Source: Escherichia phage FL12
DNA length: 64,000 nucleotides
Reading direction: 5' to 3' (one strand)
Sequence record: PP400786
Under the pieces are notes generated by a model. It had not been told where the DNA came from and did not search any database. It saw nothing but the letters and a program-made list of their open reading frames with translations. Shown here one piece after another: positions 1 through 9,484 of the stretch. Each line of letters begins with the position of its first letter. Positions within the stretch are counted from its first letter, which is position 1. The translations under genes and the position numbers were made by a program.

Positions 1-719
1 TCATACTGCCGTGCATATTTCTTAAAATTGCCCTGAACCTTTTTACCATTAAAGGTAAATTGAATATCAGGATAAACAACAGCAAGTGTCTGGAGACGAT
101 CCAGTGTAATGTCAAGATAAACCTGAGACAGCTCATTAGTTTCAAATGACATAAAATCAGGAATGAAAGTAACGCGAGTTCCTTTCCATTTTCCAGGAAT
201 ATCTTCCCATGATTTATTTTCCATGCCGTTTGAACAACGAACTACAATATTATTTTGACCATCGCCAGTTTCACCAACAAACATCACAGAAAAAATGTTT
301 GTCAAACTAGAACCAACACCATTCATACCACCGGTGACACGTTCTTTATCATCACCAAAGTTACCACCTGCTTTTGGAATAGTCCATGCAGCAACAGGAC
401 CAGGAATTTCTTCACCGGTAGGTGTTTTAACCATCGCTTGTGGAATACCACGACCGTTATCTTCAACTGTTACTTGATTGTTTTTAATAGTAACATTAAT
501 TTTATTTGCGAATTTAAACTTAGTACGAATACCTTCATCTACTGAGTTATCGATAATTTCATCAATAAGCTTAACAAGACCAGGTACATACTGAACACTT
601 TCCCATTTACCAAACAGAAAGCGCTCATGCATTTCATTAGCTGAAGAGCCAATGTACATGCCGCTACGCTTTTTGATATGTTCAATATCGCTCAGAATTT
701 TAATTTCATTCTTAATCAT
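1..719 (-). CDS. 39: DNA topoisomerase II large subunit (GyrB-like ATPase), N-terminal part; gene continues beyond window start
   Basis: Own minus-strand translation from ATG 717-719: MIKNEIKILSDIEHIKKRSGMYIGSS...; RBS GAGGA; synteny with dexA/dda. Confidence 0.8.
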   Translation of the reverse strand, partial: MIKNEIKILSDIEHIKKRSGMYIGSSANEMHERFLFGKWESVQYVPGLVKLIDEIIDNSVDEGIRTKFKFANKINVTIKNNQVTVEDNGRGIPQAMVKTPTGEEIPGPVAAWTIPKAGGNFGDDKERVTGGMNGVGSSLTNIFSVMFVGETGDGQNNIVVRCSNGMENKSWEDIPGKWKGTRVTFIPDFMSFETNELSQVYLDITLDRLQTLAVVYPDIQFTFNGKKVQGNFKKYARQY

Positions 720-744
720 CACTTATCCTCGTTTGGTTTCGGGA

Positions 745-773
745 ATATTATACTCCAATAATCATAAAGCTAA
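745..773 (-). promoter_or_regulatory. putative MotA-dependent middle promoter for gene 39 (MotA-box-like TAGCTTTA, ~12 nt, TATAAT)
   Basis: minus strand reads cTTTAGCTTTAtgattattggagTATAAT just upstream of gene 39 RBS. Confidence 0.35.
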
Positions 774-789
774 AGGCCCGAAGGCCTTT
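772..789 (-). terminator. GC-rich hairpin (aaaggcccgaaggccttt) after small lipoprotein gene
   Basis: perfect stem with CGAAG loop flanked by A/T runs. Confidence 0.45.
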
Positions 790-1058
790 TATTTAAAACG
801 AATAGTCGAATCCTTGAAGAATAGTCCAGAACATACTGTTCCTTCTACTTTCTGCCCGGTAGGTCCAATAGCACGAAATCCAGTATGCTGGAAATCATTT
901 TCAGAGCAACCGAACCAATTATATCCAGTGATTTCAATATTAGTAAAACCACTTGAAGACAAAACTTTGGTTGCATTATCAGCATCAGTACATCCTATTA
1001 AAGACACTGCTAATACTAATGCTGCAATAGAACGATTAATATATTTCATAATTTTCAC
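789..1058 (-). CDS. small putative lipoprotein (signal peptide plus LIGC lipobox)
   Basis: ORF track 89 aa; MKIMKYINRSIAALVLAVSLIGCTD. Confidence 0.5.
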   Translation of the reverse strand: MKIMKYINRSIAALVLAVSLIGCTDADNATKVLSSSGFTNIEITGYNWFGCSENDFQHTGFRAIGPTGQKVEGTVCSGLFFKDSTIRFK

Positions 1059-1426
1059 TTAAATTTAATGGCTTGAAGGAGACTAATAACTCTCAAGCGA
1101 CTTCTTTCATCTTTAACTGTAAAAGAAAGAGGGTCACCAGACTTCATAGTAATAGTGCATTCAAAATCAAAATCTTCAGGAACTTCTTCGAAGAAGTCAA
1201 ATTCTTCATCATAAATTAGAACATTACTCTGAAAACTGTGAAGAATTTTTCCATCATTTCCAGATGCTGTACTAATCATTGTAACATTATTACCTTTCAT
1301 ATCTTCAACGATAAATTCGCTTGTAGATATTACAGCATTAATAGAACCATTCCTATAAATAGCAGACATTAGATATTTCTTTTCTTCGCCTTCGCGAATA
1401 CGATATTTCTTACCGATTTTAAACAT
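1055..1426 (-). CDS. hypothetical protein
   Basis: ORF track 123 aa; overlaps neighbours by 4 nt. Confidence 0.5.
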   Translation of the reverse strand: MFKIGKKYRIREGEEKKYLMSAIYRNGSINAVISTSEFIVEDMKGNNVTMISTASGNDGKILHSFQSNVLIYDEEFDFFEEVPEDFDFECTITMKSGDPLSFTVKDERSRLRVISLLQAIKFK

Positions 1427-1428
1427 AA

Positions 1429-1605
1429 TTACCCTTTAAGTAAGTCGTAAAATCCGCCATTCACATGCTTAGGGGCAGAGACTAACCGAATAGCAATCCG
1501 ATGACAATCAGGACATACATCAGTATCTCTTTCAGAAATTTTCTTGATTTTTTCGTATTCTTTTGCGCAGTCTTTTGATTGACATTTATAATCATAAAGC
1601 GGCAT
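1429..1605 (-). CDS. small zinc-ribbon protein (CxxC-N18-CxxC, FmdB-like)
   Basis: Own translation, 58 aa: MPLYDYKCQSKDCAKEYEKIKKISERDTDVCPDCHRIAIRL...; not in ORF track (<60 aa). Confidence 0.45.
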   Translation of the reverse strand: MPLYDYKCQSKDCAKEYEKIKKISERDTDVCPDCHRIAIRLVSAPKHVNGGFYDLLKG

Positions 1606-1607
1606 AA

Positions 1608-2021
1608 TTATTCCTTAAAGTGAGCTTTCAACATCTGATACAAGGACCATGCCTGTTCATCATTTTCAATAGTAACTTTCATTACAGGGAATTTAGATTG
1701 ATCAGTTATCGGTGCAGATTCTTCCTGCTCTTCAGCTGCCTGGTATGGATTTTCAACTTCATTAAAGAATTCAGCTTCATTCGATGAAAGCCAAATAAAA
1801 TCTTCATCCAAAATATCTTTACCAGAAGATAGTACTAAATTTCCAGCAAATGACATAATTTTAATAGGACGCCCAAGAGCATCCACATCTAAAATTTTAA
1901 AAGGATGCATACCTAAACGGCGTGCATAGATTCCGTTATCAGTATGGTCTTTAATAAAATTTTCTTGAGCTTGTTTATTTTTAAATTGATACCATTTATT
2001 AACTTCAAATTTAATAGCCAT
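1608..2021 (-). CDS. hypothetical acidic protein (goF position/size in T4)
   Basis: ORF track 137 aa. Confidence 0.45.
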   Translation of the reverse strand: MAIKFEVNKWYQFKNKQAQENFIKDHTDNGIYARRLGMHPFKILDVDALGRPIKIMSFAGNLVLSSGKDILDEDFIWLSSNEAEFFNEVENPYQAAEEQEESAPITDQSKFPVMKVTIENDEQAWSLYQMLKAHFKE

Positions 2022-2239
2022 TAATAAATTTCCTTCCAGTAAGTTGTACCATCTTCAGTGATTTCACGAAATACACCGTAAATTGGTTGTTTATCCCCAA
2101 CCTTTTCATACACATAAACCGAAGTCAAGTGAGTAAACTTAGCAGTGTGTTCCTTTTGAACTACTACCAAATCTGGATCGAATAACACATCTTCAAATTC
2201 GTCATTAGTGCAATTCTGAACAATTTTACGTTTCATCAT
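2021..2239 (-). CDS. hypothetical protein (cef position/size in T4)
   Basis: ORF track 72 aa; ATGA overlap with downstream ORF. Confidence 0.45.
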   Translation of the reverse strand: MMKRKIVQNCTNDEFEDVLFDPDLVVVQKEHTAKFTHLTSVYVYEKVGDKQPIYGVFREITEDGTTYWKEIY

Positions 2240-2299
2240 AATTTCCTCATTAATTGAACATTGGAGCGATGCGTTTCAGAAGAGTATCAGCGCACCTTT

Positions 2300-2370
2300 A
2301 ACGAATTATTCATTTTATTCTCCAAGTTGTTTTCTGTATCAGTAGTTGATATTGATATAGTACCATAATC
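2300..2370 (-). repeat. copy of conserved early promoter/5'UTR leader cassette (…GGTACTATA…CAACTACTGATACAGAAAACAACTTGGAGAATAAAATG) followed by an 8-codon mini-ORF
   Basis: near-identical to leaders at 22340-22410, 47551-47620 and 62021-62090. Confidence 0.5.
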
Positions 2371-2409
2371 AACTACTGATGTATATAGTTTTATGAAAAA
2401 ATTTAAACT

Positions 2410-2901
2410 TTATGCATAGCGAGCTTTGCTGTAGTGTTTAATCCAACTTTCAGGAATGACTTTGTATGTTCCTAAAAATACCGCGTTGTATAACTTAACG
2501 CCATCTTCTACCCATTGATCAGTAATGTATGCACACATAGCGCGAGTACGGTTAACAACACCTTCCTCACCTTCAGTAAATTCAAACTCATAAGGAGCAA
2601 CGAACTTGATAGCTTGACCGAGTTTCCACTTAAAGTCTACACCTACATGCGAAGTATCAATCGTTTCAATTCCTTTAGCAGGAACAGCTTTCAAAAACGC
2701 AGATTCAAGAAATTTCGCGCGAACATAACCAAACTGAGGTTTAGACTTTCCATCTTTAGGAATGATACGAACTTTTACTTCAGAATCTTCATCTTTAACG
2801 CCGTGTTTAAGCTGAATGCTTACAATTTCGACCAATTTTCCTGCTGCTTTAGAACGGGATTTATCAGATACACGAGCAATTTCACCAATATTAATAATCA
2901 T
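2410..2901 (-). CDS. hypothetical protein, paralog of 3018-3521 (motB-like position/size)
   Basis: ORF track 163 aa; shared C-terminal motif TDQW(V/I)EDGV(K/E)L(Y/L)N(A/V)V with the next gene. Confidence 0.5.
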   Translation of the reverse strand: MIINIGEIARVSDKSRSKAAGKLVEIVSIQLKHGVKDEDSEVKVRIIPKDGKSKPQFGYVRAKFLESAFLKAVPAKGIETIDTSHVGVDFKWKLGQAIKFVAPYEFEFTEGEEGVVNRTRAMCAYITDQWVEDGVKLYNAVFLGTYKVIPESWIKHYSKARYA

Positions 2902-2945
2902 AGTTATCTCTCACTTGTTAAAAAGATTTTATACTCCACAGGACC

Positions 2946-2975
2946 ATTATACTCTGGTCCCAAGAGTTTGTAAAC
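2946..2975 (-). promoter_or_regulatory. T4-type early promoter (GTTTAC-N18-TATAAT)
   Basis: minus strand GTTTACaaactcttgggaccagagTATAAT upstream of ORF 2410-2901. Confidence 0.5.
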
Positions 2976-3017
2976 TATTAATTCAAAATAGCTACCACCG
3001 CACTACGAGGTACTACA

Positions 3018-3521
3018 CTAAAATCTCCTTGCATGGACAACGTTCAGAAGCTCAACACCATCTTCAATCCACTGGTCTGTTACCCAACCACAGACCGAAA
3101 TAAATGGGGTCTTGATAGCTACTGCACGAGTTAGAAGGTCAGTAGGATCAACTTCTTTGAAGAGGATAAGCTCTGCTTCAAAGACTATAGTTTTAATTAC
3201 TTCATCATTATCTAAGCGATGTGCTCGAATCACGTAAGCTTTATTCTTATCATACCAATTACTTTTTGAAAAACTTTTAACCACAAACTCACCTTCACCA
3301 AAAACACTGGTCAATGCTTTATAACCCAAATTTAATTCAGTAGTTTTAATTTCAGTTTCAACCAGTTTGTAGGTTTTGCCAGTTTCGATGGTCCGAGCAG
3401 TCATAAATGTTTCCTTAATTTCCAGTGGTTTAACAGGGCATACATAAGTGCTTACAACATCAAAATCAATCAGTTTAGCTACCGGATTTGGTATGTATTC
3501 AAGATTATAATTAAATTTCAT
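3018..3521 (-). CDS. hypothetical protein, paralog of 2410-2901
   Basis: ORF track 167 aa. Confidence 0.5.
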   Translation of the reverse strand: MKFNYNLEYIPNPVAKLIDFDVVSTYVCPVKPLEIKETFMTARTIETGKTYKLVETEIKTTELNLGYKALTSVFGEGEFVVKSFSKSNWYDKNKAYVIRAHRLDNDEVIKTIVFEAELILFKEVDPTDLLTRAVAIKTPFISVCGWVTDQWIEDGVELLNVVHARRF

Positions 3522-3523
3522 AA

Positions 3524-4024
3524 TTATCTCATTTCAATAAAATCTACGAGTTCAGCATGCGATTTGCGGAACATTACTTGATGCCCACCAATGATAACTT
3601 CATCTTCAGGAACTTCGTATACAGCGAGATAAAATCCTTTAGAAGATAATTCTTCCCGCTCTTCTCGTGTGAACCATCTCATCATATCATATTCGCTAGC
3701 GAAAGCAAAATGATAAAGAGCTATAAACCATCCTGGAATATGATATTCTACTCCAACATAATCTTTCTTGAACTTAGTATTAATTACTATATTAGCGTTT
3801 TTAACTAATAGTTTATCTTCGTGTGGTAAAGGAATTCTTTTATTATTATCGCTATGATGCATAAAATTAGGTCTGTCATAACCTACGTGTAATAGCCACT
3901 CTTCGCTCCATGAATCTATTATACTCCTGTATGGCGTTATTTGAACACAAAGATTTCGACGTATTGTTATAGCATCTTCACAATTAAGAATACTAAACGA
4001 TGATTCAACACGGTAAATTTTCAT
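3524..4024 (-). CDS. hypothetical protein
   Basis: ORF track 179 aa from TTG; start moved to ATG 4022-4024 (MKIYRVESS) with RBS GAGGA, downstream of promoter at 4051-4081. Confidence 0.5.
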   Translation of the reverse strand: MKIYRVESSFSILNCEDAITIRRNLCVQITPYRSIIDSWSEEWLLHVGYDRPNFMHHSDNNKRIPLPHEDKLLVKNANIVINTKFKKDYVGVEYHIPGWFIALYHFAFASEYDMMRWFTREEREELSSKGFYLAVYEVPEDEVIIGGHQVMFRKSHAELVDFIEMR

Positions 4025-4050
4025 TTTATTATCCTCAGTAGCTATGGTGT

Positions 4051-4081
4051 TATAATACCACAACTAACCGAGGAAGTAAAC
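4051..4081 (-). promoter_or_regulatory. T4-type early promoter
   Basis: minus strand GTTTACttcctcggttagttgtgGTATTATAA. Confidence 0.45.
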
Positions 4082-4087
4082 AACTTT

Positions 4088-4771
4088 TTATCGTTTTGTT
4101 GGAAGAGATAGAGGATCGCATTCTTCCTCTGATGGAGCATCTTCAAGACCCATAGCATAGCGCAAAGCATACTTCATCATCAGGATGTCTTTCGCACAGT
4201 CATGAATAGAATCATGTGCAACGAATCCATCTAAAGTTCCCTTTGGAAGGGGGCATGTGGTCATATCACGAACAAGCAGAAGTGCTTCAATTCTGGTACG
4301 AATATCACGCTGATTCCAAAATTTACAAGGTTCTAACTTAAATGTATCAAGCTCATTCTCAGAAACGCCATTAAGACGTTGAATATCACGAATGAGATCG
4401 ACTAAAATTGGAAAATCAAACGACATTCCACGGCACCAGCCTTGAGATTTCCAAGGATCGATATTATGTGCATTGATGTAATCATTAAATTTTGCAATAC
4501 CATCGATAGTGCTTACATCTTCATCGGATGGTGCAATATTTTTTCGAGCTTCAGGAGACTGATTTTTCCACCATTCGATAGTGCTTTTAGTAAAAAGACG
4601 ATGTCCTTTTTGGCTTTTTAAATCAAATTTGATTTTAATGCCACGTGAAACTAATTCATCAAATGTTTCAACTACTTCTGGGTTAGGGTCAAAAGCAATT
4701 ACAGCCAAATCAATAACAGCTGCTTTTTCACCGCTTCCCATTGTTTCAAAATCTATAATAAAATCAAACAT
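4088..4771 (-). CDS. dexA: exonuclease A (DnaQ-like 3'-5' exonuclease)
   Basis: 227 aa as T4 DexA; N-terminal FDFIIDFETMG DEDD-type motif; adjacent to dda. Confidence 0.8.
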   Translation of the reverse strand: MFDFIIDFETMGSGEKAAVIDLAVIAFDPNPEVVETFDELVSRGIKIKFDLKSQKGHRLFTKSTIEWWKNQSPEARKNIAPSDEDVSTIDGIAKFNDYINAHNIDPWKSQGWCRGMSFDFPILVDLIRDIQRLNGVSENELDTFKLEPCKFWNQRDIRTRIEALLLVRDMTTCPLPKGTLDGFVAHDSIHDCAKDILMMKYALRYAMGLEDAPSEEECDPLSLPTKR

Positions 4772-5013
4772 TAAATTTTCCTCGCTAAATCACGAATTTG
4801 GCCTACAGTATAGTCTTGAATATAAACTTTATTAATAGGTTCATCAATAAATTTTGCCATAGATTCAATGTCTTTTTGCATCTCTTCAAGACTGTATATT
4901 ATCTTTAAAGCTTTTTCGCGAATAGTAACATTATCAGGTCCTGAATTTTCTTGAATGACAGCTTTAACATTTGCCGTAAGAGATTTAAACTGATGCAAAC
5001 TTAATTCAATCAT
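4771..5013 (-). CDS. small hypothetical protein, member of tandem paralog trio
   Basis: ATG 5011-5013 overlaps upstream stop (AATGATTGA); stop overlaps dexA ATG (TAATG); ~80 aa. Confidence 0.5.
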   Translation of the reverse strand: MIELSLHQFKSLTANVKAVIQENSGPDNVTIREKALKIIYSLEEMQKDIESMAKFIDEPINKVYIQDYTVGQIRDLARKI

Positions 5014-5251
5014 TAATAACCGCCTTATAAAGATGGCTAATTTCACCTAAAACATAATCACTGATTGTAACAGTTTTCACTTCGCCGCAAAAGAATTCTA
5101 ACGCAATCAAATCTCGTTCAATTTCTTCCAATTGAAGCATTAACTTGCCTGATTCAATTTTCACGTTTTTGCGATTTTTACTATAAGCTATTTCATAAAT
5201 TTCGCTCACTTTATCTTGAAGCAGATAAAACTGGTCTTTAGTTATTTCCAC
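5006..5251 (-). CDS. small hypothetical protein, member of tandem paralog trio
   Basis: probable GTG start 5249-5251 with RBS GAGGAA; shares ...LEE(I/M)(E/Q)(R/K)D(L/I)...DY(V/T)(L/V)G(E/Q)I with 4771-5013. Confidence 0.45.
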   Translation of the reverse strand: MEITKDQFYLLQDKVSEIYEIAYSKNRKNVKIESGKLMLQLEEIERDLIALEFFCGEVKTVTISDYVLGEISHLYKAVIND

Positions 5252-5498
5252 GAATAGCTTCCTCAAATTTAATCAGCAACTTACAGACACTTTCATCTAA
5301 TGTAATTACCGTATCTGTATTACTGTGATATGATTGTTTTTCAATTCGTTTAATTGCTAGTATAGTATCACTTATAAGATTAAGCTTATAAAGGAGCTCA
5401 GCTCCTGTTACCATAACACTGAGGTTATCTTGCTTATCAGTGTGCTTCTTTATACCATCTATTAGACGATTTAAATATTTTGAATTGATGTTAATCAT
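5238..5498 (-). CDS. small hypothetical protein
   Basis: ORF track 86 aa. Confidence 0.45.
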   Translation of the reverse strand: MININSKYLNRLIDGIKKHTDKQDNLSVMVTGAELLYKLNLISDTILAIKRIEKQSYHSNTDTVITLDESVCKLLIKFEEAIRGNN

Positions 5499-5504
5499 AT
5501 ATCC

Positions 5505-6824
5505 TCACACATAAAACACATCATAACGACCACGAGTGACACCAACATAAAGAAGCTGCTGAGCCAATTCAGCATCTGCATAATGAATACAAGGCGTATA
5601 GATGAAAGCACGGTCTACAGACATACCCTGCGCTTTATGGAATGTTGATGCAGGAAGTGCTTTCACTTTACTAAACTGTGATTTAGCATCCCAAAAATCA
5701 CTCCACGGAGCTTTTCCACCTTTATTCCAATTTTTATAAGTTTCTGCTGTTTTACCTAAAAATAGGTTAAACTTATATAGCTCTTCATCAGATGAAATTA
5801 TTTTAATCTTTTCACGATAATATTCATCATCGCCGTAAGTTTCTACTGTTAAATCCCAATGACGAATTAGATATTCTCCAGGAACACCACGAGCTTTAAC
5901 AAACGTTGATGTATACTCTGCTTCTATAATACGAACTAATTGTCCGTTATTAAAAATAATTTCTGACACAGGCTTTCCATCAATTTTATATGTTTTAATT
6001 AATGGTTCCTGCATTACAATAATTTCACCGACAATAAAATCTTTATCAGTTTCAAAAATCTTTTTACGAATAATGCTATTTAACTTGTCAACAGATTTAT
6101 TCGTAAATGCCATTACGCGATTTTCAAACAAATCATCTAAAGATTTGACGATTGAAAAATAATTTACCATAAAATCGCGTAAAGCGGTATCACCAGTAAA
6201 TCCACGTACTCCATGCCCGTCAACAACTTTATCATAAATCCACTTACCGTTACGAACATCAGTAGCTACATCAATAATAGGAGCATTACTGCGTTTAACT
6301 TCAGTGAGTTCACACTGATAAAAATCTTTGTGTGTAAAGAACGGACTGATATAAGCAGTGTTTTCTCCTGGGTCAACAGGTCTAATTTGCTTATTATCGC
6401 CTATTCCAATTATAGTACACCAAGGTGGGATAGTTGAAAGCAGAATTTTAAATAGCTTTCTATCATACATTGACACTTCATCGCAGATTAATACTCTGCA
6501 TTTAGCTAAATCTGGTACTTCCTTCTGTTCAAAAAGAACATTTTCTTCATATGTTACTGGGTTAATTTTAAGAATACTATGAATAGTACTTGCTTCTTTC
6601 CCTGATAGTTTTGAAAGAATCTTTTTAGCTGCATGAGTAGGAGCTGCCAAAATGATACCAGTTTCACCCGTAGATATTAAAGCTTCAATGATGAACTTAG
6701 TAAGAGTAGTCTTACCGGTACCAGCAGGTCCATTAATAGTTACATGATGTTTCTTTTCTTTAATAGCCTTCATAACAATGTTAAAGGCATTTTTCTGGCC
6801 TTCGGTCAAATCATCAAATGTCAT
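5505..6824 (-). CDS. dda: Dda SF1B DNA helicase
   Basis: 439 aa as T4 Dda; Walker A GPAGTGKTT; Walker B LICDEVSM. Confidence 0.9.
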   Translation of the reverse strand: MTFDDLTEGQKNAFNIVMKAIKEKKHHVTINGPAGTGKTTLTKFIIEALISTGETGIILAAPTHAAKKILSKLSGKEASTIHSILKINPVTYEENVLFEQKEVPDLAKCRVLICDEVSMYDRKLFKILLSTIPPWCTIIGIGDNKQIRPVDPGENTAYISPFFTHKDFYQCELTEVKRSNAPIIDVATDVRNGKWIYDKVVDGHGVRGFTGDTALRDFMVNYFSIVKSLDDLFENRVMAFTNKSVDKLNSIIRKKIFETDKDFIVGEIIVMQEPLIKTYKIDGKPVSEIIFNNGQLVRIIEAEYTSTFVKARGVPGEYLIRHWDLTVETYGDDEYYREKIKIISSDEELYKFNLFLGKTAETYKNWNKGGKAPWSDFWDAKSQFSKVKALPASTFHKAQGMSVDRAFIYTPCIHYADAELAQQLLYVGVTRGRYDVFYV

Positions 6825-7132
6825 CGTAAATTCCCTGCAATTGGAATACTAACAATACGCCCAGTATCTAAAATTCGCTGATATAATCTTTGTGTGTCTA
6901 CGTCAGGCTTAACATGTTTAACTTCTATTTTATTAAACCAAAATTTACGTGGAGTCTCAACTAATCTCGGAATTCCCATACCTAAAGCTAGTCGATACTG
7001 CTCTTTAAGAGTTGTAAAAACTTTATCAGCAATCTCCCTTTCAAAAAATACAGCAGGGCGGTGTTCATCAAGAGGAACTGGCGCCGTAAATCCGTCTTTG
7101 TCTCGGTAAACTATCGCGTATACATAAACCAT
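6821..7132 (-). CDS. hypothetical protein (dda.1 position)
   Basis: ORF track 103 aa; ATGA overlap with dda. Confidence 0.5.
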   Translation of the reverse strand: MVYVYAIVYRDKDGFTAPVPLDEHRPAVFFEREIADKVFTTLKEQYRLALGMGIPRLVETPRKFWFNKIEVKHVKPDVDTQRLYQRILDTGRIVSIPIAGNLR

Positions 7133-7133
7133 A

Positions 7134-7880
7134 TTATCCTCGGATAAGTTTAAAAATTGAACAATTTAGCGGGTATCCTCTTTTCAGTTTAAGTTTATCA
7201 ATAAAAGACAAATTTTGATACCGCTCTACACCTTGAATAATTTTATCACACATATCATATTGCATTTCTGCTTCTGACAACTTTTTCACAATTTTCCAAT
7301 CCGAGCCTTTAAGAAGAACATTCAGTTTAACAACTTCAGCGCCTTCTGCTATGCGAGAACCATCAATACGTGCTTTAAGTGCTATAATCCTTAGCTTAAT
7401 GTCAGAGGTCTGTTTTGATTTAGAAAGCTGAGAAATGTGTTCAATTCGGTTTTCACGTTTTTTCTGTATAGCTTTAATTTGATTATAAGTCTTTTTGATT
7501 TTAGCCCATTTCTTTTCATCTAAATTTAGTTTATGAACTTTTTTCGCAGATGAACGACCAATTCGCAAAGCAAATAAATCCCGTTTTTCAATCAACTCCT
7601 CTAAAGTATAATCAGAACGAAATGTATTATACTTTTTCTTTACTGCAATAACATTCCCTTTAATGTATCCAACGTTATTATCAAAACGTTCTAATGATAA
7701 TTTCTCTCCTTCAATACGATTATCAAAAGGTTCTCCCGAGTAAGCACAAACTTTTTGATCTAAAATGTTCTTAATGTAATTGAAGTCTAAGTTAAAATCT
7801 TTAGAACGTCTTTTTGCAGATGCCTGAGTATGCTCTAAACGACGTTTAATTTTACGAATTTGGTTATTAGACAGCTTCAT
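7134..7880 (-). CDS. hypothetical basic protein (srd position/size in T4)
   Basis: ORF track 248 aa; early promoter directly upstream. Confidence 0.4.
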   Translation of the reverse strand: MKLSNNQIRKIKRRLEHTQASAKRRSKDFNLDFNYIKNILDQKVCAYSGEPFDNRIEGEKLSLERFDNNVGYIKGNVIAVKKKYNTFRSDYTLEELIEKRDLFALRIGRSSAKKVHKLNLDEKKWAKIKKTYNQIKAIQKKRENRIEHISQLSKSKQTSDIKLRIIALKARIDGSRIAEGAEVVKLNVLLKGSDWKIVKKLSEAEMQYDMCDKIIQGVERYQNLSFIDKLKLKRGYPLNCSIFKLIRG

Positions 7881-7911
7881 ATTTTTCTCACATCTTACGG
7901 ACGGTTAACTA

Positions 7912-7946
7912 CTTATACTATAACATTTTTACTTTAACTTGTAAAC
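7912..7946 (-). promoter_or_regulatory. T4-type early promoter
   Basis: minus strand GTTTACaagttaaagtaaaaatgttaTAGTATAAG. Confidence 0.45.
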
Positions 7947-8003
7947 AACTTTATGTAAAAATGCTTTAAAAATTTCATGGTATAATGAATCTAAGTCCTT
8001 CCA

Positions 8004-8606
8004 TTATAGATTAAATCCTTCAAAATCAAGAGTATAGATAGTGTATGTTGAATACTTTTTGTACTCATATCTATCTGCAATTCTAAATACACTTCCAGCT
8101 GGTATCATTACTTCTTGTTCATCTGAAACTAATTCCATATTACGATAACGATGGCTATCTGGAAACTTAAAACTTGGACTATATTCTTTACAACGTAGAG
8201 CTTTTATAGCATACTCCTGGAAATTAAACACCATAGGAGCTTTGAATTCAAAAATAACTTGTGTGTTGTATTCTAATCCAGAAGCAAAATGTAGAGCTAT
8301 ATTTTTATCATATGAAGCTGATACTACTTTATCAAATGTAATAATATCAATTCCTTGATTTAACACCTGTTTAGTCTCAACTGGAACACCTCTCCAAAGA
8401 GGTTTATCGTTTGGAACCAAACGAGATTTGATTATTTCATTTAACCAAGAATGATCGTCTGGCTTATTAGTAATACAATGAATTAAAAGTTCAATTTCGG
8501 ATAAATTAAATCCTTCAGAAAGTAATTCTTCACGAATAGAAGCACGCACCGATGCATCCATTGATTTGATTTTAAAATCTTTTAATTGCATTGCTGAATA
8601 TTTCAT
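8004..8606 (-). CDS. modA: ADP-ribosyltransferase ModA-like
   Basis: 200 aa as T4 ModA; R...S...EQEVMIP ADP-ribosyltransferase signature. Confidence 0.6.
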   Translation of the reverse strand: MKYSAMQLKDFKIKSMDASVRASIREELLSEGFNLSEIELLIHCITNKPDDHSWLNEIIKSRLVPNDKPLWRGVPVETKQVLNQGIDIITFDKVVSASYDKNIALHFASGLEYNTQVIFEFKAPMVFNFQEYAIKALRCKEYSPSFKFPDSHRYRNMELVSDEQEVMIPAGSVFRIADRYEYKKYSTYTIYTLDFEGFNL

Positions 8607-9226
8607 TCAACTACCTCAATATCATACACTTTAAATGTTCCAAACGAATCGTGTAATTTTTCTTTTGAAATAGAAGTTATTTTATACTTTCCAATTGGAA
8701 TCATCCATTCTTGTTCACGTACAATCATCATTAAGTTATCAGTACGTTCTGAATCTAATCCATCTGTATCTTCATATGTATACTTAAACTCAGTATTAGG
8801 AGAAGAAAGTATAATATCGCTGATATGGTCAGAATAATTAAAAGCTTTATCAGTTTTTAAGCGAAATATTATTTCAGTGAAATACTCAAAATAAGAAAAA
8901 CCACATGCTGTGTGCAAACTAGTAGTAAATGAATCTACTCTGTTCGTTGAAAACACTTCTCCGACTTGTAAATCTTTAATGAGTTCTTTTGTCGATTTTG
9001 ATATACCACGATATAACTGATAAGGCGATTTAGTTAAATGCTTTTTAACGATTTTATTCAACTGTTGATGAAGAGCTTCATTCTTTTTGGCTTCCATACA
9101 TTGCCAAAGAACTGACTGTTCAAAGTCAGTAAATTTTTCACAGACCTTTTTATACATATCATATTGAAAATCAACACTTTCAGCTTTTATAGATAATTGT
9201 TCAACATCTGCAAGATTAATAATCAT
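8603..9226 (-). CDS. modB: ADP-ribosyltransferase ModB-like
   Basis: start moved to ATG 9224-9226 (RBS GGAGG) giving 207 aa as T4 ModB; YRG...S...EQEWMIP signature. Confidence 0.6.
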   Translation of the reverse strand: MIINLADVEQLSIKAESVDFQYDMYKKVCEKFTDFEQSVLWQCMEAKKNEALHQQLNKIVKKHLTKSPYQLYRGISKSTKELIKDLQVGEVFSTNRVDSFTTSLHTACGFSYFEYFTEIIFRLKTDKAFNYSDHISDIILSSPNTEFKYTYEDTDGLDSERTDNLMMIVREQEWMIPIGKYKITSISKEKLHDSFGTFKVYDIEVVE

Positions 9227-9252
9227 GATAGCCTCCATATACTTCAGAAGCT

Positions 9253-9282
9253 ATCATATCATTGTTAGGAAGGAAAGTAAAC
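9253..9282 (-). promoter_or_regulatory. T4-type early promoter upstream of modB
   Basis: minus strand GTTTACtttccttcctaacaatgaTATGAT. Confidence 0.45.
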
Positions 9283-9293
9283 AACTTTTTGAA

Positions 9294-9476
9294 TTATTTT
9301 GCCCAGGGAGCCCAGGGCGGAGGGTCAAGATGGTATGAAGCTAGTTCTTCTAGAAGAGCATCTGGGGCTTCAATTCCATAATTCTGTAATACTATACGGT
9401 ACTCTTTCTTATAATCACTAGAATCATTCTGGATATTCGTAGAATGATTATCTTCTAACATCTCAAATAAATCCAT
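9294..9476 (-). CDS. small hypothetical protein
   Basis: ORF track 60 aa. Confidence 0.4.
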   Translation of the reverse strand: MDLFEMLEDNHSTNIQNDSSDYKKEYRIVLQNYGIEAPDALLEELASYHLDPPPWAPWAK

Positions 9477-9484
9477 ATTAATTC

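Noticed and set aside
255-1062. Plus-strand ORFs from the track (255-545, 295-477, 652-1062)
   Set aside because: They are antisense to the well-supported gene 39 N-terminus and the lipoprotein gene, with no RBS; shadow ORFs.
2515-3103. Plus-strand ORFs 2515-2973 and 2816-3103
   Set aside because: Antisense to the paralogous minus-strand genes and their promoter region; low-complexity translations.
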